Part shown: one piece after another, positions 1 to 9,490 of the stretch
Layout: every line of letters begins with the position of its first letter
Numbering within the stretch: the first letter of the stretch is position 1
DNA from: Acidimicrobiia bacterium
Lineage (GTDB): Bacteria; Actinomycetota; Acidimicrobiia; IMCC26256; PALSA-555
Assembly: GCA_031406505.1 (NCBI GenBank)
Contig: JANOHN010000320.1
Coordinates: forward strand, 1 to 45,691
Reading direction: 5' to 3'
DNA length: 45,691 bases
Made by a program: the position numbers and the translations under genes
The notes under the pieces: generated by a model
The model's database searches: none
What the model was told of the DNA's origin: nothing
What the model saw: the letters and a program-made list of their open reading frames with translations, nothing else

Positions 1-828
1 GTCCCAGCGGACGGTGACGTCGGTGGGAGGCTCGACCTCGCGGCGGACCATCGCGAGCGCGACGGCTCGGTCCTCGTTGGGCACCGCGGCGGCGCTCGTG
101 ACCGCGCCGACCTCCTTGTCGCCGGCAACGACCGCGGCGCCGCGCGGCGGGACCTGCGAGCCCTCGACGCGCAGACGCCGGAGGTAGCGATTCACGTGCC
201 CTCGACTGTCGATGCGGGCGACGAGCTCCTGGCCCAGGAAGCATCCCTTCGTGAACGACACGGCGTCGCGGTCGAGGAACGCCTCCTGCGGGATCGTCTT
301 CTCGTCGAGGTCGACGCCCATCCTGGGTACGCCCATCTCGATGCGGAACGCCTCGAACCGCTCGGCGTCCCACACGTCTACCGCGTTCGCGCCCGAGAGC
401 AGCTCGAGGAGATCGCGCGCTTCTGAGACCGGCCCTAGGAAATCGGTTCCTGACTGGTTCGCCCATTGCGTGGGGATCGCCAACAGCGTCGTGGTCTCAT
501 CGACGGTCCCGATCACCGAGACGAGCCCCGTCGTCTCGGTGCGGTCGTCGATGTCGACCTTCACCCGGATGCGGTAGCGGGTCAGCGACTCCGCCAACGC
601 GGGTCCGAATTCCGCATCGGTGTCGAGCCACCACTCCTCGCCAACGTGGGTCGCACGGAAGACAAACCCGAGCTTGCCATGCGGCGTGAGGAGCATCGAG
701 CGTGCGCTTGCACCGTCGCCGATCGAATCGAGATCCTGGGATACCAGGCTTTGGAGGAACGATGTGGCGTCGGGGCCGCCGACGACCACGAGGCCGTGCG
801 GCGAACGGTCGACAACGAACGCGGTCAC
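1..828 (-). CDS. YgfZ/GcvT-family folate-binding protein (aminomethyltransferase-like); 3' end lies beyond the window
   Basis: Absent from the ORF track because no stop lies in the window. My reverse-strand translation reads [28 protein letters not shown]...VSFTKGCFLGQELVARIDSRGHVNRYLRRLRVEG...DKEVGAVTSAAAVPNEDRAVALAMVRREV. This contains the KGC(F/Y)xGQE motif and the C-terminal barrel typical of GcvT/YgfZ proteins. The GTG at 828-826 overlaps the trpE TGA (GTGA). Confidence 0.75.
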   Translation of the reverse strand, partial: MTAFVVDRSPHGLVVVGGPDATSFLQSLVSQDLDSIGDGASARSMLLTPHGKLGFVFRATHVGEEWWLDTDAEFGPALAESLTRYRIRVKVDIDDRTETTGLVSVIGTVDETTTLLAIPTQWANQSGTDFLGPVSEARDLLELLSGANAVDVWDAERFEAFRIEMGVPRMGVDLDEKTIPQEAFLDRDAVSFTKGCFLGQELVARIDSRGHVNRYLRRLRVEGSQVPPRGAAVVAGDKEVGAVTSAAAVPNEDRAVALAMVRREVEPPTDVTVRWD

Positions 829-2351
829 GCGGAGCCCAGCGGCGTCAGCCGACGCGCCGCGGCGGCGGCCGTGAGCAGTGCGCGCGCCTTGTTGTGACAC
901 TCAAGCTCCTCATCGGACGCATCTGAGTCAGCAACGATGCCGGCACCGGCCTGGACCGTTGCCTGCTGCCCGCGCCACACCATCGTGCGAATCGTGATCG
1001 CGGTGTCGAGGTTGCCCGAGAAGTCGACGTAACCGACGACCCCACCGTACGGACCTCGCTTCGCGGGCTCCATCGCGTCGATGATCTCCATCGCTCGCAC
1101 CTTGGGCGCGCCGCTCACCGTGCCGGCTGGGAACGTGGCGCGCAGCACGTCGACGGCGCTACGGCCGTCGGCGAGATCGCCCGACACCTGGCTTGTGAGG
1201 TGCATGACGTGGGAGTAGCGCTCGAGTGTCATCAACTCGTCGAGATGCAGCGAGCCGAACTTCACGACGCGTCCGATGTCGTTGCGAGCCAGGTCGACGA
1301 GCATCACGTGCTCAGCTCGCTCCTTCGGATTCTCGGCGAGCTCGCCCGCGAGTCGGCGGTCGTGCTCCTCGTTCTGGCCGCGGAACCGGGTACCGGCGAT
1401 CGGCCGGACGATCACTCGCCCGTCGCGGATCTGCACCATCGGCTCGGGCGACGAGCCCACCAACGTGGCTTCCGGATGTCGCACCACATACATGTACGGC
1501 GACGGGTTCACCTGGCGGAGCACTCGATACACGTCGAACGGATCCACAGGGTCGTCGAGGTCGAAGCGCTGGGCGAGCACGACCTGGAAGATGTCGCCGG
1601 CGAGGATGTGCTCACGCGCGGCCTCGACCGCATCACGGAACTTCTCTCCGCCCATCGTGGAACGCACGGTCGGCAGCTCGTTCAGCTCATCGGCCGGTGG
1701 CGGCGACGGTGTATAGGGCAGCGGACGAGCGAGCTCGTCGACCAGCGCATCGAGTCGCTCCACCGCGCGGTCATACGCCTCGTCAACATCGGGCTCTTGA
1801 TCCAGGAAGACGTTCTCGATCAACGTGAGCCGTTGGCGGAAGTGATCGAACGCGGTCACGTGCCCCGTGAGCGAGAGCACCGCATCCGGCACGCCCAGGC
1901 TGTCGGTGGGGATGTCGGGCAACCGTTCGATCTCGCGCACCACGTCGTAGCCGAGATAGCCGACCACTCCACCGTGGAACGGCGGCAGCTCGGGGATGAC
2001 GGGTGCTCGGTGCGCAGCCAGCAACGCCTCTAGCGCCGCGAGCGCGCCCGCGTCGCGCGGCACCGAGTCGGGCAGCGGACCATCGACCACGACGTGGCGG
2101 CCACGAACGACGAGCGTGCACGCCGGGTCGCGCCCGAGGAACGAGAAGCGCCCCCAGCGTTCAGCGTGCTCGACCGACTCGAGGAGGAACCCGGGCGGGC
2201 CCGTCGCTTCGGCGCCGACGAGCTTCACGAACGCGGAGACCGGGGTCTCGAGGTCGGCGAGCACCTCGCGCCACACCGGCACGACGGTGTGGTTGCGCGC
2301 CAACGAACGGAAGTCGTCGCGCGACGGCCGTACCGATCCGGTGTCGCTCAC
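825..2351 (-). CDS. trpE: Anthranilate synthase component I
   Basis: 508-aa ORF with a chorismate-binding core ([42 protein letters not shown]) and a TrpE-type N-terminus ([10 protein letters not shown]). Its GTG start overlaps the hisI stop (GTGA). Confidence 0.95.
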   Translation of the reverse strand: MSDTGSVRPSRDDFRSLARNHTVVPVWREVLADLETPVSAFVKLVGAEATGPPGFLLESVEHAERWGRFSFLGRDPACTLVVRGRHVVVDGPLPDSVPRDAGALAALEALLAAHRAPVIPELPPFHGGVVGYLGYDVVREIERLPDIPTDSLGVPDAVLSLTGHVTAFDHFRQRLTLIENVFLDQEPDVDEAYDRAVERLDALVDELARPLPYTPSPPPADELNELPTVRSTMGGEKFRDAVEAAREHILAGDIFQVVLAQRFDLDDPVDPFDVYRVLRQVNPSPYMYVVRHPEATLVGSSPEPMVQIRDGRVIVRPIAGTRFRGQNEEHDRRLAGELAENPKERAEHVMLVDLARNDIGRVVKFGSLHLDELMTLERYSHVMHLTSQVSGDLADGRSAVDVLRATFPAGTVSGAPKVRAMEIIDAMEPAKRGPYGGVVGYVDFSGNLDTAITIRTMVWRGQQATVQAGAGIVADSDASDEELECHNKARALLTAAAAARRLTPLGSA

Positions 2352-2737
2352 GAGCTGGCGTGCAGGTGTGGATCGCGCTCACCGAACGAACGGAAGAAGC
2401 ACGACCGCTCACCGGTGTGGCACGCGCCGTGCCCTTCCTGCTCGACAACGAACAGGAGCGTGTCGCCGTCGCAGTCGTAATACGCCTCGCGCACCCACTG
2501 ACGGTCGCCGGAGGTGTCGCCCTTCCGCCAGAACTCACCCCGGCTCCGGCTCCAGAACACGGTGCGCCCCTCCTCGAGGGTTCGGCGCAGCGACTCCTCG
2601 TTCATCCACGCGAGCATCAGCACCTTGCCGGTGACCGCCTCCTGGACGATCGCCGGCGCGAGGCCGTTCGCGTCCCACGACACGTCGCCGAGCTGTTCCT
2701 CGGTGACTTCGATGGGTGTCGCGCTCGGGCTCGGCAT
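2348..2737 (-). CDS. hisI: Phosphoribosyl-AMP cyclohydrolase
   Basis: 129 aa with [38 protein letters not shown]...[29 protein letters not shown], the classic HisI signature. Confidence 0.93.
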   Translation of the reverse strand: MPSPSATPIEVTEEQLGDVSWDANGLAPAIVQEAVTGKVLMLAWMNEESLRRTLEEGRTVFWSRSRGEFWRKGDTSGDRQWVREAYYDCDGDTLLFVVEQEGHGACHTGERSCFFRSFGERDPHLHASS

Positions 2738-2746
2738 GCGCGTTCG

Positions 2747-2752
2747 AGCGTA
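2747..2752 (-). promoter_or_regulatory. Putative -10 box (TACGCT) 9 nt upstream of the hisI ATG
   Basis: The reverse strand reads gggcTACGCTcgaacgcgcATG. It fits the actinobacterial TANNNT -10 consensus, and no Shine-Dalgarno sequence is present. Confidence 0.3.
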
Positions 2753-2810
2753 GCCCTGACGCCTGGCGATACCGGCTTCAAATGCCTACGCGCGCGAGAC
2801 TCGTCGGCCC

Positions 2811-4913
2811 ATGGCCAGCCCGAACGCCTCGCCGCGCGCGCCGCGACGCCCCACCGTGTTGCGCCACGGTGACCACGAGCGCGTCGACGACTGGTACTGG
2901 CTTCGCGATCGGGACGATCCGGAGGTGCTCGAATATCTGAAGGCCGAGAACGAGTTCGTCGCGACCGAGCTGGCGCGGCTCGAGGCGCTCCGAGATCAGA
3001 TCTTCGGCGAGATCAAAGACCGCATCCAGGAGACCGACGCCTCCGCGCCGTTGCCGTGGGGCGCCTGGGAGTACTTCTCTCGGACGATCGAGGGCCTCGA
3101 ATACGCGATCCACTGTCGGCGACCACGCGACACGCCCGGGCTCCCGGCTCCCGCCGCGGCACCAGGCACCGCGCCGGGAGAGGAGATCGTGCTCGACGAG
3201 AACGCGCTCGCGACCGAAGCGGACTACTTCGCGTTGCGTGGGTTTGCTGTCTCGCCGTCGCAAGGGCTGCTCGCATACAGCGCCGACCTCTCCGGCGGTG
3301 AGGTCGCCACCTTGTGCTTCCGCGACCTCACGAGGGGCACCACGCTCCCCGACGAAGTCGACGGTGTGTACTACGGCCTCGCCTGGGCCAACGACGAGCG
3401 CACGGTGTTCTACGTGCGACCCGACGCGGCGATGCGTCCGTGGCAGGTGTGGAGCCACGTGTTGGGCACTCCCAACGACGACGACGTGCTCACCTTTCAA
3501 GAGGACGACGAGCGGTTCGAGCTGCACGTCGGGCGCACGCTCACGGGTCGGTTCGTGGTCATCACGAGCGCGTCGAAGCTGACCACCGAGGTTCGGGTCC
3601 TCGACGCCGACGACCCGACGGCCGCGCCGCGGGTACTCGCATCTCGTGAGCAGGGTGTCGAATATCACGTCGAGCACCACTACGACGACGACGGCAGCCG
3701 CTTCTACGTGCTCACCAATGCCGATGGCGCGTCCAACTTCAAGCTCATGCTCGCTCCCTCGGACGCAACCAGTCGCGACGAATGGACCGAGGTGATCGCC
3801 CATCGCGACGATGTTCGACTTGTGGACGTCGATGCGTTCGCGTCCCACCTCGTCGTCACCGAACGCGCCGAAGCGCTCGAGCGACTCCACGTCGTCGATC
3901 TCGCGCGCGACCACGACTACCTCGTCGACATGCCGGATGAGGTGTACTCAGCCTGGGTCGGCGGCAACCTCGAGTTCGATGCGCCGGGTTTCCGCTACGT
4001 GTACACGTCGCTGGTCTCGCCTGTCACCGATCTCTCGCACGACTTCGCCACCCGCACGCCGACTGTCATCAAGCAGCAAACGGTGAACGGCTACGAAGCG
4101 AGCGAGTTCGAGGCCCACCGGCTGTGGGCGACGGCGACTGACGGCACACGCGTCCCGATCTCGCTCGTCCACCGGCGCGGCTTCCCCCCGGAAGGCGGTG
4201 GGCCGTTGAACCTCTACGGCTACGGCTCGTATGAGATCTCCATCGACCCCACGTTCAGCGTCGTGCGCCTGAGCCTGCTCGAGCGGGACGTTGCGTACGC
4301 GATCGCGCACGTGCGCGGCGGAGGCGAGCTCGGTCGTCCGTGGTACGACAAGGGCAAGCTCGATCACAAGCGCAACACCTTCGACGACTTCGTGACATGC
4401 GCCGAGCACCTGATCGCCGAGGGCTACACGACCGCCGACCAGCTCGTCATCCGTGGCGGGAGCGCGGGCGGCCTGCTGATGGGCGCCGCGGCGAACCTCC
4501 GGCCCGATCTCTACCGCGCCATCGTTGCGGAAGTCCCGTTCGTGGACTGCCTCACGACGATGCTCGATGCGTCGTTGCCACTGACCATCACCGAATGGGA
4601 GGAGTGGGGCAACCCCGCGGCCGATATCGCCACCTACGACTACCTCTTGTCGTACTCGCCGTACGACAACGTGCGCGCCGAGCCCTACCCGGCCATCCTC
4701 GCCACCGCCGGGCTCAACGACCCGCGAGTGCAGTACTGGGAGCCGGCGAAGTGGGTCGCAAAGCTCCGCACCACCACGACGGGTGACGCGCCGATCTACC
4801 TCAAGACCGAGCTCGGCGCCGGCCATCACGGCCCGTCGGGACGCTACGAAGCGTGGAAGGACGAAGCATTCGTACTGGCGTTCATCCTCGACCAGCTCGG
4901 TCTCACGGATTGA
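2811..4913 (+). CDS. ptrB: Oligopeptidase B / S9A prolyl-oligopeptidase-family serine protease
   Basis: 700 aa with a propeller N-domain and a catalytic C-domain carrying the GGSAGGLLMG nucleophile elbow and a protease-II-like PFVDCLTTMLDASLPLTITEWEEWGNP segment. Confidence 0.9.
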   Translation: MASPNASPRAPRRPTVLRHGDHERVDDWYWLRDRDDPEVLEYLKAENEFVATELARLEALRDQIFGEIKDRIQETDASAPLPWGAWEYFSRTIEGLEYAIHCRRPRDTPGLPAPAAAPGTAPGEEIVLDENALATEADYFALRGFAVSPSQGLLAYSADLSGGEVATLCFRDLTRGTTLPDEVDGVYYGLAWANDERTVFYVRPDAAMRPWQVWSHVLGTPNDDDVLTFQEDDERFELHVGRTLTGRFVVITSASKLTTEVRVLDADDPTAAPRVLASREQGVEYHVEHHYDDDGSRFYVLTNADGASNFKLMLAPSDATSRDEWTEVIAHRDDVRLVDVDAFASHLVVTERAEALERLHVVDLARDHDYLVDMPDEVYSAWVGGNLEFDAPGFRYVYTSLVSPVTDLSHDFATRTPTVIKQQTVNGYEASEFEAHRLWATATDGTRVPISLVHRRGFPPEGGGPLNLYGYGSYEISIDPTFSVVRLSLLERDVAYAIAHVRGGGELGRPWYDKGKLDHKRNTFDDFVTCAEHLIAEGYTTADQLVIRGGSAGGLLMGAAANLRPDLYRAIVAEVPFVDCLTTMLDASLPLTITEWEEWGNPAADIATYDYLLSYSPYDNVRAEPYPAILATAGLNDPRVQYWEPAKWVAKLRTTTTGDAPIYLKTELGAGHHGPSGRYEAWKDEAFVLAFILDQLGLTD

Positions 4914-5721
4914 GGAGAAGCACCGCGGCAAGCTGACGGCTCTGCGCCACGAGCGTGCCATCCTTCGACCACACCTCGCCGCTCTCCTCGATGTAGCCCT
5001 CGTTGGCTGCATCGGTGCGAAACACCGCCAGGAGGAACTCGTCGGCGGTCGCGGTCGGCAAGGGCAACGACACCCGGAAGTGAACCGTGAGGTCGATCGT
5101 CGGCACGATGATCTGCTCGCGCAATCGACTGAACACCGGCGGCACCCACGCGTCGGTGATCGCTGCCACCGCGCACGCATCGAGCACCTGCGGCTCCTCG
5201 AGTCGGATCCACCCACCCGCCACGGCCTCGCGCGCGGGCGGGGCGTCTTGCCACGGCTGTTCCCCGATCGCCCACCGCGTATCCCATCGGTGCGCGATCG
5301 CCGGTGCGTCGGCGTGAAGCGCGGCAGCCTCGATCCGATCGGCCGGCACTACCGCAGGCATCTCGAGGTCGCAGAACTCCGGGCCGGGTCGTGGCGTCGA
5401 GAACGCAGCCATCGCCAACGCCACCAAGCTGTCGCCCTGGTACAACCGCGCCGAGATCGACGTGAGCGAGCGGCCGACGCGCTCGATCGACGTCGTGACC
5501 CGCGCCGATCCGACCTCGGCCGGCGCCACGTAGTGCAACGTGAGCGAGCGGGGCGCGCGTGCCGCGTCGCCGACACGGTCGGTCATCGCGCGGAGCACGA
5601 ACGCCGCGACGTATCCGCCGTTCGGACCACGGTAGACGAGCCATCCCGGGTCGATCGTTGCGTCGTAGACGTCGTCGTCGACCCGGGTGACGGCCGTGTC
5701 GCGTTCGAACTTCGTCACCAT
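4903..5721 (-). CDS. Acyl-CoA thioesterase (TesB-like double hot-dog family)
   Basis: 272 aa. The N-terminus (FERDTAV...YDATIDPGWLVYRGPNGGYVAAFVLRAM) is typical of thioesterase-II-like proteins. The gene converges on ptrB with an 11-nt overlap. Confidence 0.72.
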   Translation of the reverse strand: MVTKFERDTAVTRVDDDVYDATIDPGWLVYRGPNGGYVAAFVLRAMTDRVGDAARAPRSLTLHYVAPAEVGSARVTTSIERVGRSLTSISARLYQGDSLVALAMAAFSTPRPGPEFCDLEMPAVVPADRIEAAALHADAPAIAHRWDTRWAIGEQPWQDAPPAREAVAGGWIRLEEPQVLDACAVAAITDAWVPPVFSRLREQIIVPTIDLTVHFRVSLPLPTATADEFLLAVFRTDAANEGYIEESGEVWSKDGTLVAQSRQLAAVLLLNP

Positions 5722-5729
5722 TGCGGGCG

Positions 5730-5735
5730 ACCGTA
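5730..5735 (-). promoter_or_regulatory. Putative -10 box (TACGGT) 8 nt upstream of the thioesterase ATG
   Basis: The reverse strand reads cgaTACGGTcgcccgcaATG. No SD is present, consistent with a leaderless or near-leaderless mRNA. Confidence 0.3.
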
Positions 5736-5749
5736 TCGTGCGCCGCCTC

Positions 5750-5755
5750 TACGCT
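5750..5755 (+). promoter_or_regulatory. Putative -10 box (TACGCT) 9 nt upstream of the alpha/beta-hydrolase ATG
   Basis: The sequence reads ctcTACGCTgctcactcaATG and lies inside a 43-nt divergent spacer. Confidence 0.3.
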
Positions 5756-5764
5756 GCTCACTCA

Positions 5765-6400
5765 ATGCCCGACATCGAGCCCATCACGCTCCAGTCGGAC
5801 GGCAACACGCTCGAAGCCGAGGTGGTCCGTGCGGTAGGTGCCCCCGACGTCGGCGTGGTGCTGTGCCATCCGCATCCGCAGTACGGCGGCACGATGCGCT
5901 CCATCGTGATCAGCGCGCTCTTCGCCGCACTCCCCGACCGAGGCGCGGCGGTATTGCGCTTCAACTTCCGCGGCGTCGAAGGAAGCACGGGCACCTATGA
6001 CGAAGGCCGCGGCGAGTGCGGCGATGCCGCGGTGGCACTCCACACGCTCGCGAGCATGGTGCCCGCGGGCACGCCGCTCGTACTGGTGGGCTGGTCGTTC
6101 GGCGGCGACGTCGCATTGTCGGTGCTCGATCCCGCAATCTCCGCGTGGGTTGGCATCGCGCCGCCACTGCGCTTCGTGGCCGACCTGAGTGCGTTGGCGG
6201 CGGATCCGCGCCCCAAGCTGCTCGTGCTCGCGGCTCACGACGAGGTCCGCGCACCGGACGAGGTCGCGGCCTCGGCCGCGACCTGGCTGGCCGTCGAGAT
6301 CGAGATCGTGCCCGGCGCGAGCCACTTCTTCGTCGGACGGACCGACCAGCTCACCGCTGTGGTTGGGCGGTTCGTGCGCATGGTGGCCGCCGGGACCTGA
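5765..6400 (+). CDS. Alpha/beta hydrolase (COG2945-like)
   Basis: The track ORF 5687..6400 was trimmed to the ATG at 5765 (MPDIEP) to avoid overlapping the divergent thioesterase start. Motifs are CHPHPQYGGTM and the nucleophile elbow LVGWSFGG. Confidence 0.75.
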   Translation: MPDIEPITLQSDGNTLEAEVVRAVGAPDVGVVLCHPHPQYGGTMRSIVISALFAALPDRGAAVLRFNFRGVEGSTGTYDEGRGECGDAAVALHTLASMVPAGTPLVLVGWSFGGDVALSVLDPAISAWVGIAPPLRFVADLSALAADPRPKLLVLAAHDEVRAPDEVAASAATWLAVEIEIVPGASHFFVGRTDQLTAVVGRFVRMVAAGT

Positions 6401-6420
6401 GCGTCCGACATGATGAAGTG

Positions 6421-8412
6421 ATGACCACGCCAACGCCGGCCTCGGCCGAGCATGGCCACGGATTCGGCTACAAGCCAGCACTCGACGGGCTGCGAGCGGT
6501 CGCAGTCGGCTCGGTCATGGCGTACCACTTCGGCGGATTCAGCGATGGCCCGCTGCCCGGCGGCTTCCTCGGCGTCGACACGTTCTTCGTGCTCTCGGGC
6601 TACCTCATCACGTCGTTGCTGCTCGGCGAGTGGGGTCGGAGCGGCACGCTGAAGCTCTCGGCGTTCTGGGCTCGGCGAGCGCGCCGCTTGTTCCCCGCGC
6701 TGCTGCTCGCGCTGACTGCCGTGGCCATCTGGGCTGCGTTCGCGGTCCCGTCCGACCGTCTCGGCACGATCCGCACCGACTCGTTGTGGACGCTCTTCTA
6801 CGGCGCCAACTGGCACTTCATCGAGTCGGGCCAGTCGTATTTCGGCCTCTTCAGCGAAGCATCGCCATTGCGCCACGCCTGGTCGTTGGCGATCGAGGAG
6901 CAGTTCTACGTGCTCTGGCCACTCATCACGTTCGGCTGCCTGCGGCTCGGACGGGGACGGCCGCGCGTGCTCGCTGGCTTCTGCGTCGCCGGGATCGCCG
7001 GCTCCGCATTCCTGCTCGGACACCTGTACGACGCGTCCGACCCCTCCCGCGCGTACTTCGGCACCGATTCGCGCGCGAGCCAGTTGCTCGTCGGTGCGCT
7101 CCTCGCCATCGTGCTGTCGCGATGGAGCCCGCGTAGCCGCGGCGCGCAGCGCGGCGTGCAGGTCGCTGGCGCGATCGGTGCCGGCGCGTGCATCTGGGCG
7201 TTCGCCACCGCCAACGACACCGAGGCCTGGCTCTACCGCGGCGGGTTCCTCGGCTTCGCGCTTGCAACGGCTGCGGTCATCGTCGCGATCGTGCAACCGA
7301 CGCGCACGCCTCTCACTGCCGTGCTGTCGCTGCGCCCGGTGCGTTGGATCGGTCAGGTGTCGTACGGCCTGTACCTCTGGCACTGGCCGGTGCAGATCGC
7401 GATCTCCGAGGGTCGAACGGGGATGAGCGGATGGACGCTCGCGCTGGTTCGTCTGGCTGTGACGTTCACGGCAACGACGATCTCGTACTACGTGATCGAG
7501 CGGCCCATCCGGTACGGCGCGATGAAGGGATGGACCGCCCGACTCGCGGCGCCTGCGGCAGCAGCGCTCGTCGCGGTGACGATCCTCGTCGCGACCGCAA
7601 GCGCAACCACACCGCCGAATTTCCTGTCGGCCGAACCCGGCGAGGTGGTGAAGGTGGGCCCGACGCCGACCTCGGTGGTCACGACCTCGACGTCCGTGCC
7701 CATCGGATCGACCGCGCCACTGCCCACGAACTTCTTGCTCGTGGGCGACTCTCTCGCGGGCTCGCTCGCCGACGCGCTGCTAGCGGAGGCGAGTGCGCGC
7801 GGGGTCACACTCTCGGCCGCGACGCGCCCCGGGTGCGGGATGACCACCGCCGTCCCGCTCAGTCGGAACACGGGCGAGGGCGTCCCGTGGGCGCCGGACT
7901 GCTCACGGCAGACGGCGGAGTACCAGCAGCAGGTGATCAGTCAGTACAACCCACAGGTCGTGCTCTGGCTGAGCAGCTGGGAGCCCACCGACCACCTGTA
8001 CGACGGGACTCGCCTTGACTTCGAGACGCCTGAAGGGGACGCGGCGCTGCTCGCCGACTTCGAGCAGTCACGTCAACGACTGACTTCGGCCGGCGCGACG
8101 CTCGTGTTCCTCACGCTGCCCGGACCGGCGGAGCGCTCCGATCTCGGCCCCGGCGACATGACGCTCAACCACGACTTCGGGCATTTGAACTCGCTGTTCC
8201 GCCAGTTCACGGCCGAGCACCCTGACACGGTCAAGGTCGTCGACCTGGCCAAGATCGTGTGTGCGGGCGGACCGCCGTGCCCGGAGGTCGTGGATGGCGT
8301 GCGGCTCCGACCGCGTGACGGCGGCCATTTCCATGACGATGGCCCAGCATGGGTTGCACCACGTCTCTTCGACGCGGTGCTCGCGGCGTTTGGTGCTGAA
8401 CCGACGCGCTAG
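6421..8412 (+). CDS. Acyltransferase-3 (OafA/YrhL-like) membrane O-acyltransferase with C-terminal SGNH domain
   Basis: The track ORF 6016..8412 was trimmed to the ATG at 6421. The N-terminus (KPALDGLRAVAVGSVMAYHF...GFLGVDTFFVLSGYLIT) matches the AT3 signature. It is followed by about 10 TM segments and a C-terminal LLVGDSLAGSL SGNH block. Confidence 0.85.
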   Translation: MTTPTPASAEHGHGFGYKPALDGLRAVAVGSVMAYHFGGFSDGPLPGGFLGVDTFFVLSGYLITSLLLGEWGRSGTLKLSAFWARRARRLFPALLLALTAVAIWAAFAVPSDRLGTIRTDSLWTLFYGANWHFIESGQSYFGLFSEASPLRHAWSLAIEEQFYVLWPLITFGCLRLGRGRPRVLAGFCVAGIAGSAFLLGHLYDASDPSRAYFGTDSRASQLLVGALLAIVLSRWSPRSRGAQRGVQVAGAIGAGACIWAFATANDTEAWLYRGGFLGFALATAAVIVAIVQPTRTPLTAVLSLRPVRWIGQVSYGLYLWHWPVQIAISEGRTGMSGWTLALVRLAVTFTATTISYYVIERPIRYGAMKGWTARLAAPAAAALVAVTILVATASATTPPNFLSAEPGEVVKVGPTPTSVVTTSTSVPIGSTAPLPTNFLLVGDSLAGSLADALLAEASARGVTLSAATRPGCGMTTAVPLSRNTGEGVPWAPDCSRQTAEYQQQVISQYNPQVVLWLSSWEPTDHLYDGTRLDFETPEGDAALLADFEQSRQRLTSAGATLVFLTLPGPAERSDLGPGDMTLNHDFGHLNSLFRQFTAEHPDTVKVVDLAKIVCAGGPPCPEVVDGVRLRPRDGGHFHDDGPAWVAPRLFDAVLAAFGAEPTR

Positions 8413-8648
8413 CTGTTGACCAAACGCTCCGTGCCAGGCCCTGCTGCACCGGACATGAAGCCGGTGCGGCCGAGGAAGACGGAACGGCGTTCGATGACGG
8501 CGCGCCATTCGGCGAGGTCTTGCTCGTACCGAACCCGATCACCTTCTTCGTAGGCATGCTCGAGCTCATCGAACGCGGAGTCCTCCGCGTCGAGCAGCTC
8601 GCGGTACCGACGGAAGAATCCCTCGTCGAGGTGGCTCACTTCGCTCAT
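8409..8648 (-). CDS. Hypothetical acidic 79-aa protein
   Basis: An AGGGAG Shine-Dalgarno sits 5 nt upstream of the ATG and third-position GC is high. I recognise no family. Confidence 0.55.
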   Translation of the reverse strand: MSEVSHLDEGFFRRYRELLDAEDSAFDELEHAYEEGDRVRYEQDLAEWRAVIERRSVFLGRTGFMSGAAGPGTERLVNS

Positions 8649-8743
8649 CGCAACTCCCTGGGCCGGGTGCAGGATGCCGCGGACCGTACCCGACCGTTCC
8701 GGAGCACGCGCGCCTCGGCTCAGGAAAGACGCGAGAGGGCTGG

Positions 8744-9490
8744 TCAGGCGATTGCGCGGAGCGCCTCGGCGAGGGTGAACCGGCCCTCGTACAGCGCCCG
8801 CCCCACGATCGCCCCGGCCAGATGCCGACCGGCGGCCTCGAGCTCGGTCAGAGCATGGAGATCGCCGAGGCCACCGATCCCCCCGCTCGCGATCACCGGC
8901 ACCTCCGTCGCTTCGACCACGGTGCGGAGCTGGTCGAGCGACGGACCTTCCATCGTGCCGTCACGCCCGATCTCGGTGACGATGAGGCACGCCACCCCCG
9001 AGTCGGCGAAACGCACCGCGGACTCGACGAGATCGTGGCCCGAACCTTCGATCCACCCTCGCACCGCCACCTCGTTGCCTCGGGCGTCGAGCCCGACCGT
9101 GATCTGACCGGGATGCATGGCGCAGAGATCGTCGACAAGGCCTGGATCCTCGATCGCCGCCGTGCCGACCACGACGCGCGCGGCACCCGCGAGCAACACG
9201 ATCCGGGCTGCCGCTGCGGTTCGGATCCCGCCACCCACTTGCACCGGGCAGGACACCTCGTCGGTGATCTTCTCGATCACCGCGAGGTTGGCTGGTTCAC
9301 CCGTGCGCGCGGCATCGAGATCGACGACGTGGATCCACTCGGCTCCGGCGGTCGCAAACGCACGCGCCACCGCGACGGGGTCGTCGTCGTAGATCGTCTC
9401 GGCCCCGAAGTCGCCTTGATGCAGCCGAACCGCTCGTCCCGCCCGGATGTCGATCGCCGGGTAGACAGTGAAGCCCGGGCGCTCGCTCAG
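8744..9490 (-). CDS. hisA: HisA/PriA-type ProFAR isomerase; start codon unresolved
   Basis: The track ORF starts at the GTG at 9370. However, the in-frame upstream sequence encodes the indispensable HisA N-terminus FTVYPAIDIRAGRAVRLHQGDFG. GGGIRT and VIASGGIGGLGDL lie downstream. There is no ATG, GTG or TTG between that motif and the hisB stop. The only candidate is a CTG at 9490-9488, which overlaps the hisB TGA and has an AAGGG 6 nt upstream. Confidence 0.82.
   Translation of the reverse strand: MSERPGFTVYPAIDIRAGRAVRLHQGDFGAETIYDDDPVAVARAFATAGAEWIHVVDLDAARTGEPANLAVIEKITDEVSCPVQVGGGIRTAAAARIVLLAGAARVVVGTAAIEDPGLVDDLCAMHPGQITVGLDARGNEVAVRGWIEGSGHDLVESAVRFADSGVACLIVTEIGRDGTMEGPSLDQLRTVVEATEVPVIASGGIGGLGDLHALTELEAAGRHLAGAIVGRALYEGRFTLAEALRAIA

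Noticed and set aside
2778-5216. Two long minus-strand ORFs (2778..3914, 3948..5216) and the plus-strand ORF 4783..6000
   Set aside because: They are antisense to, or out of frame with, oligopeptidase B and the thioesterase. They are Arg/Pro/Gly-rich with no motifs.
6235-7383. 382-aa minus-strand ORF and assorted plus-frame ORFs inside 6016-8412
   Set aside because: They are antisense to, or out of frame with, the acyltransferase-3 gene, whose hydrophobic TM pattern and AT3/SGNH motifs identify the real frame.
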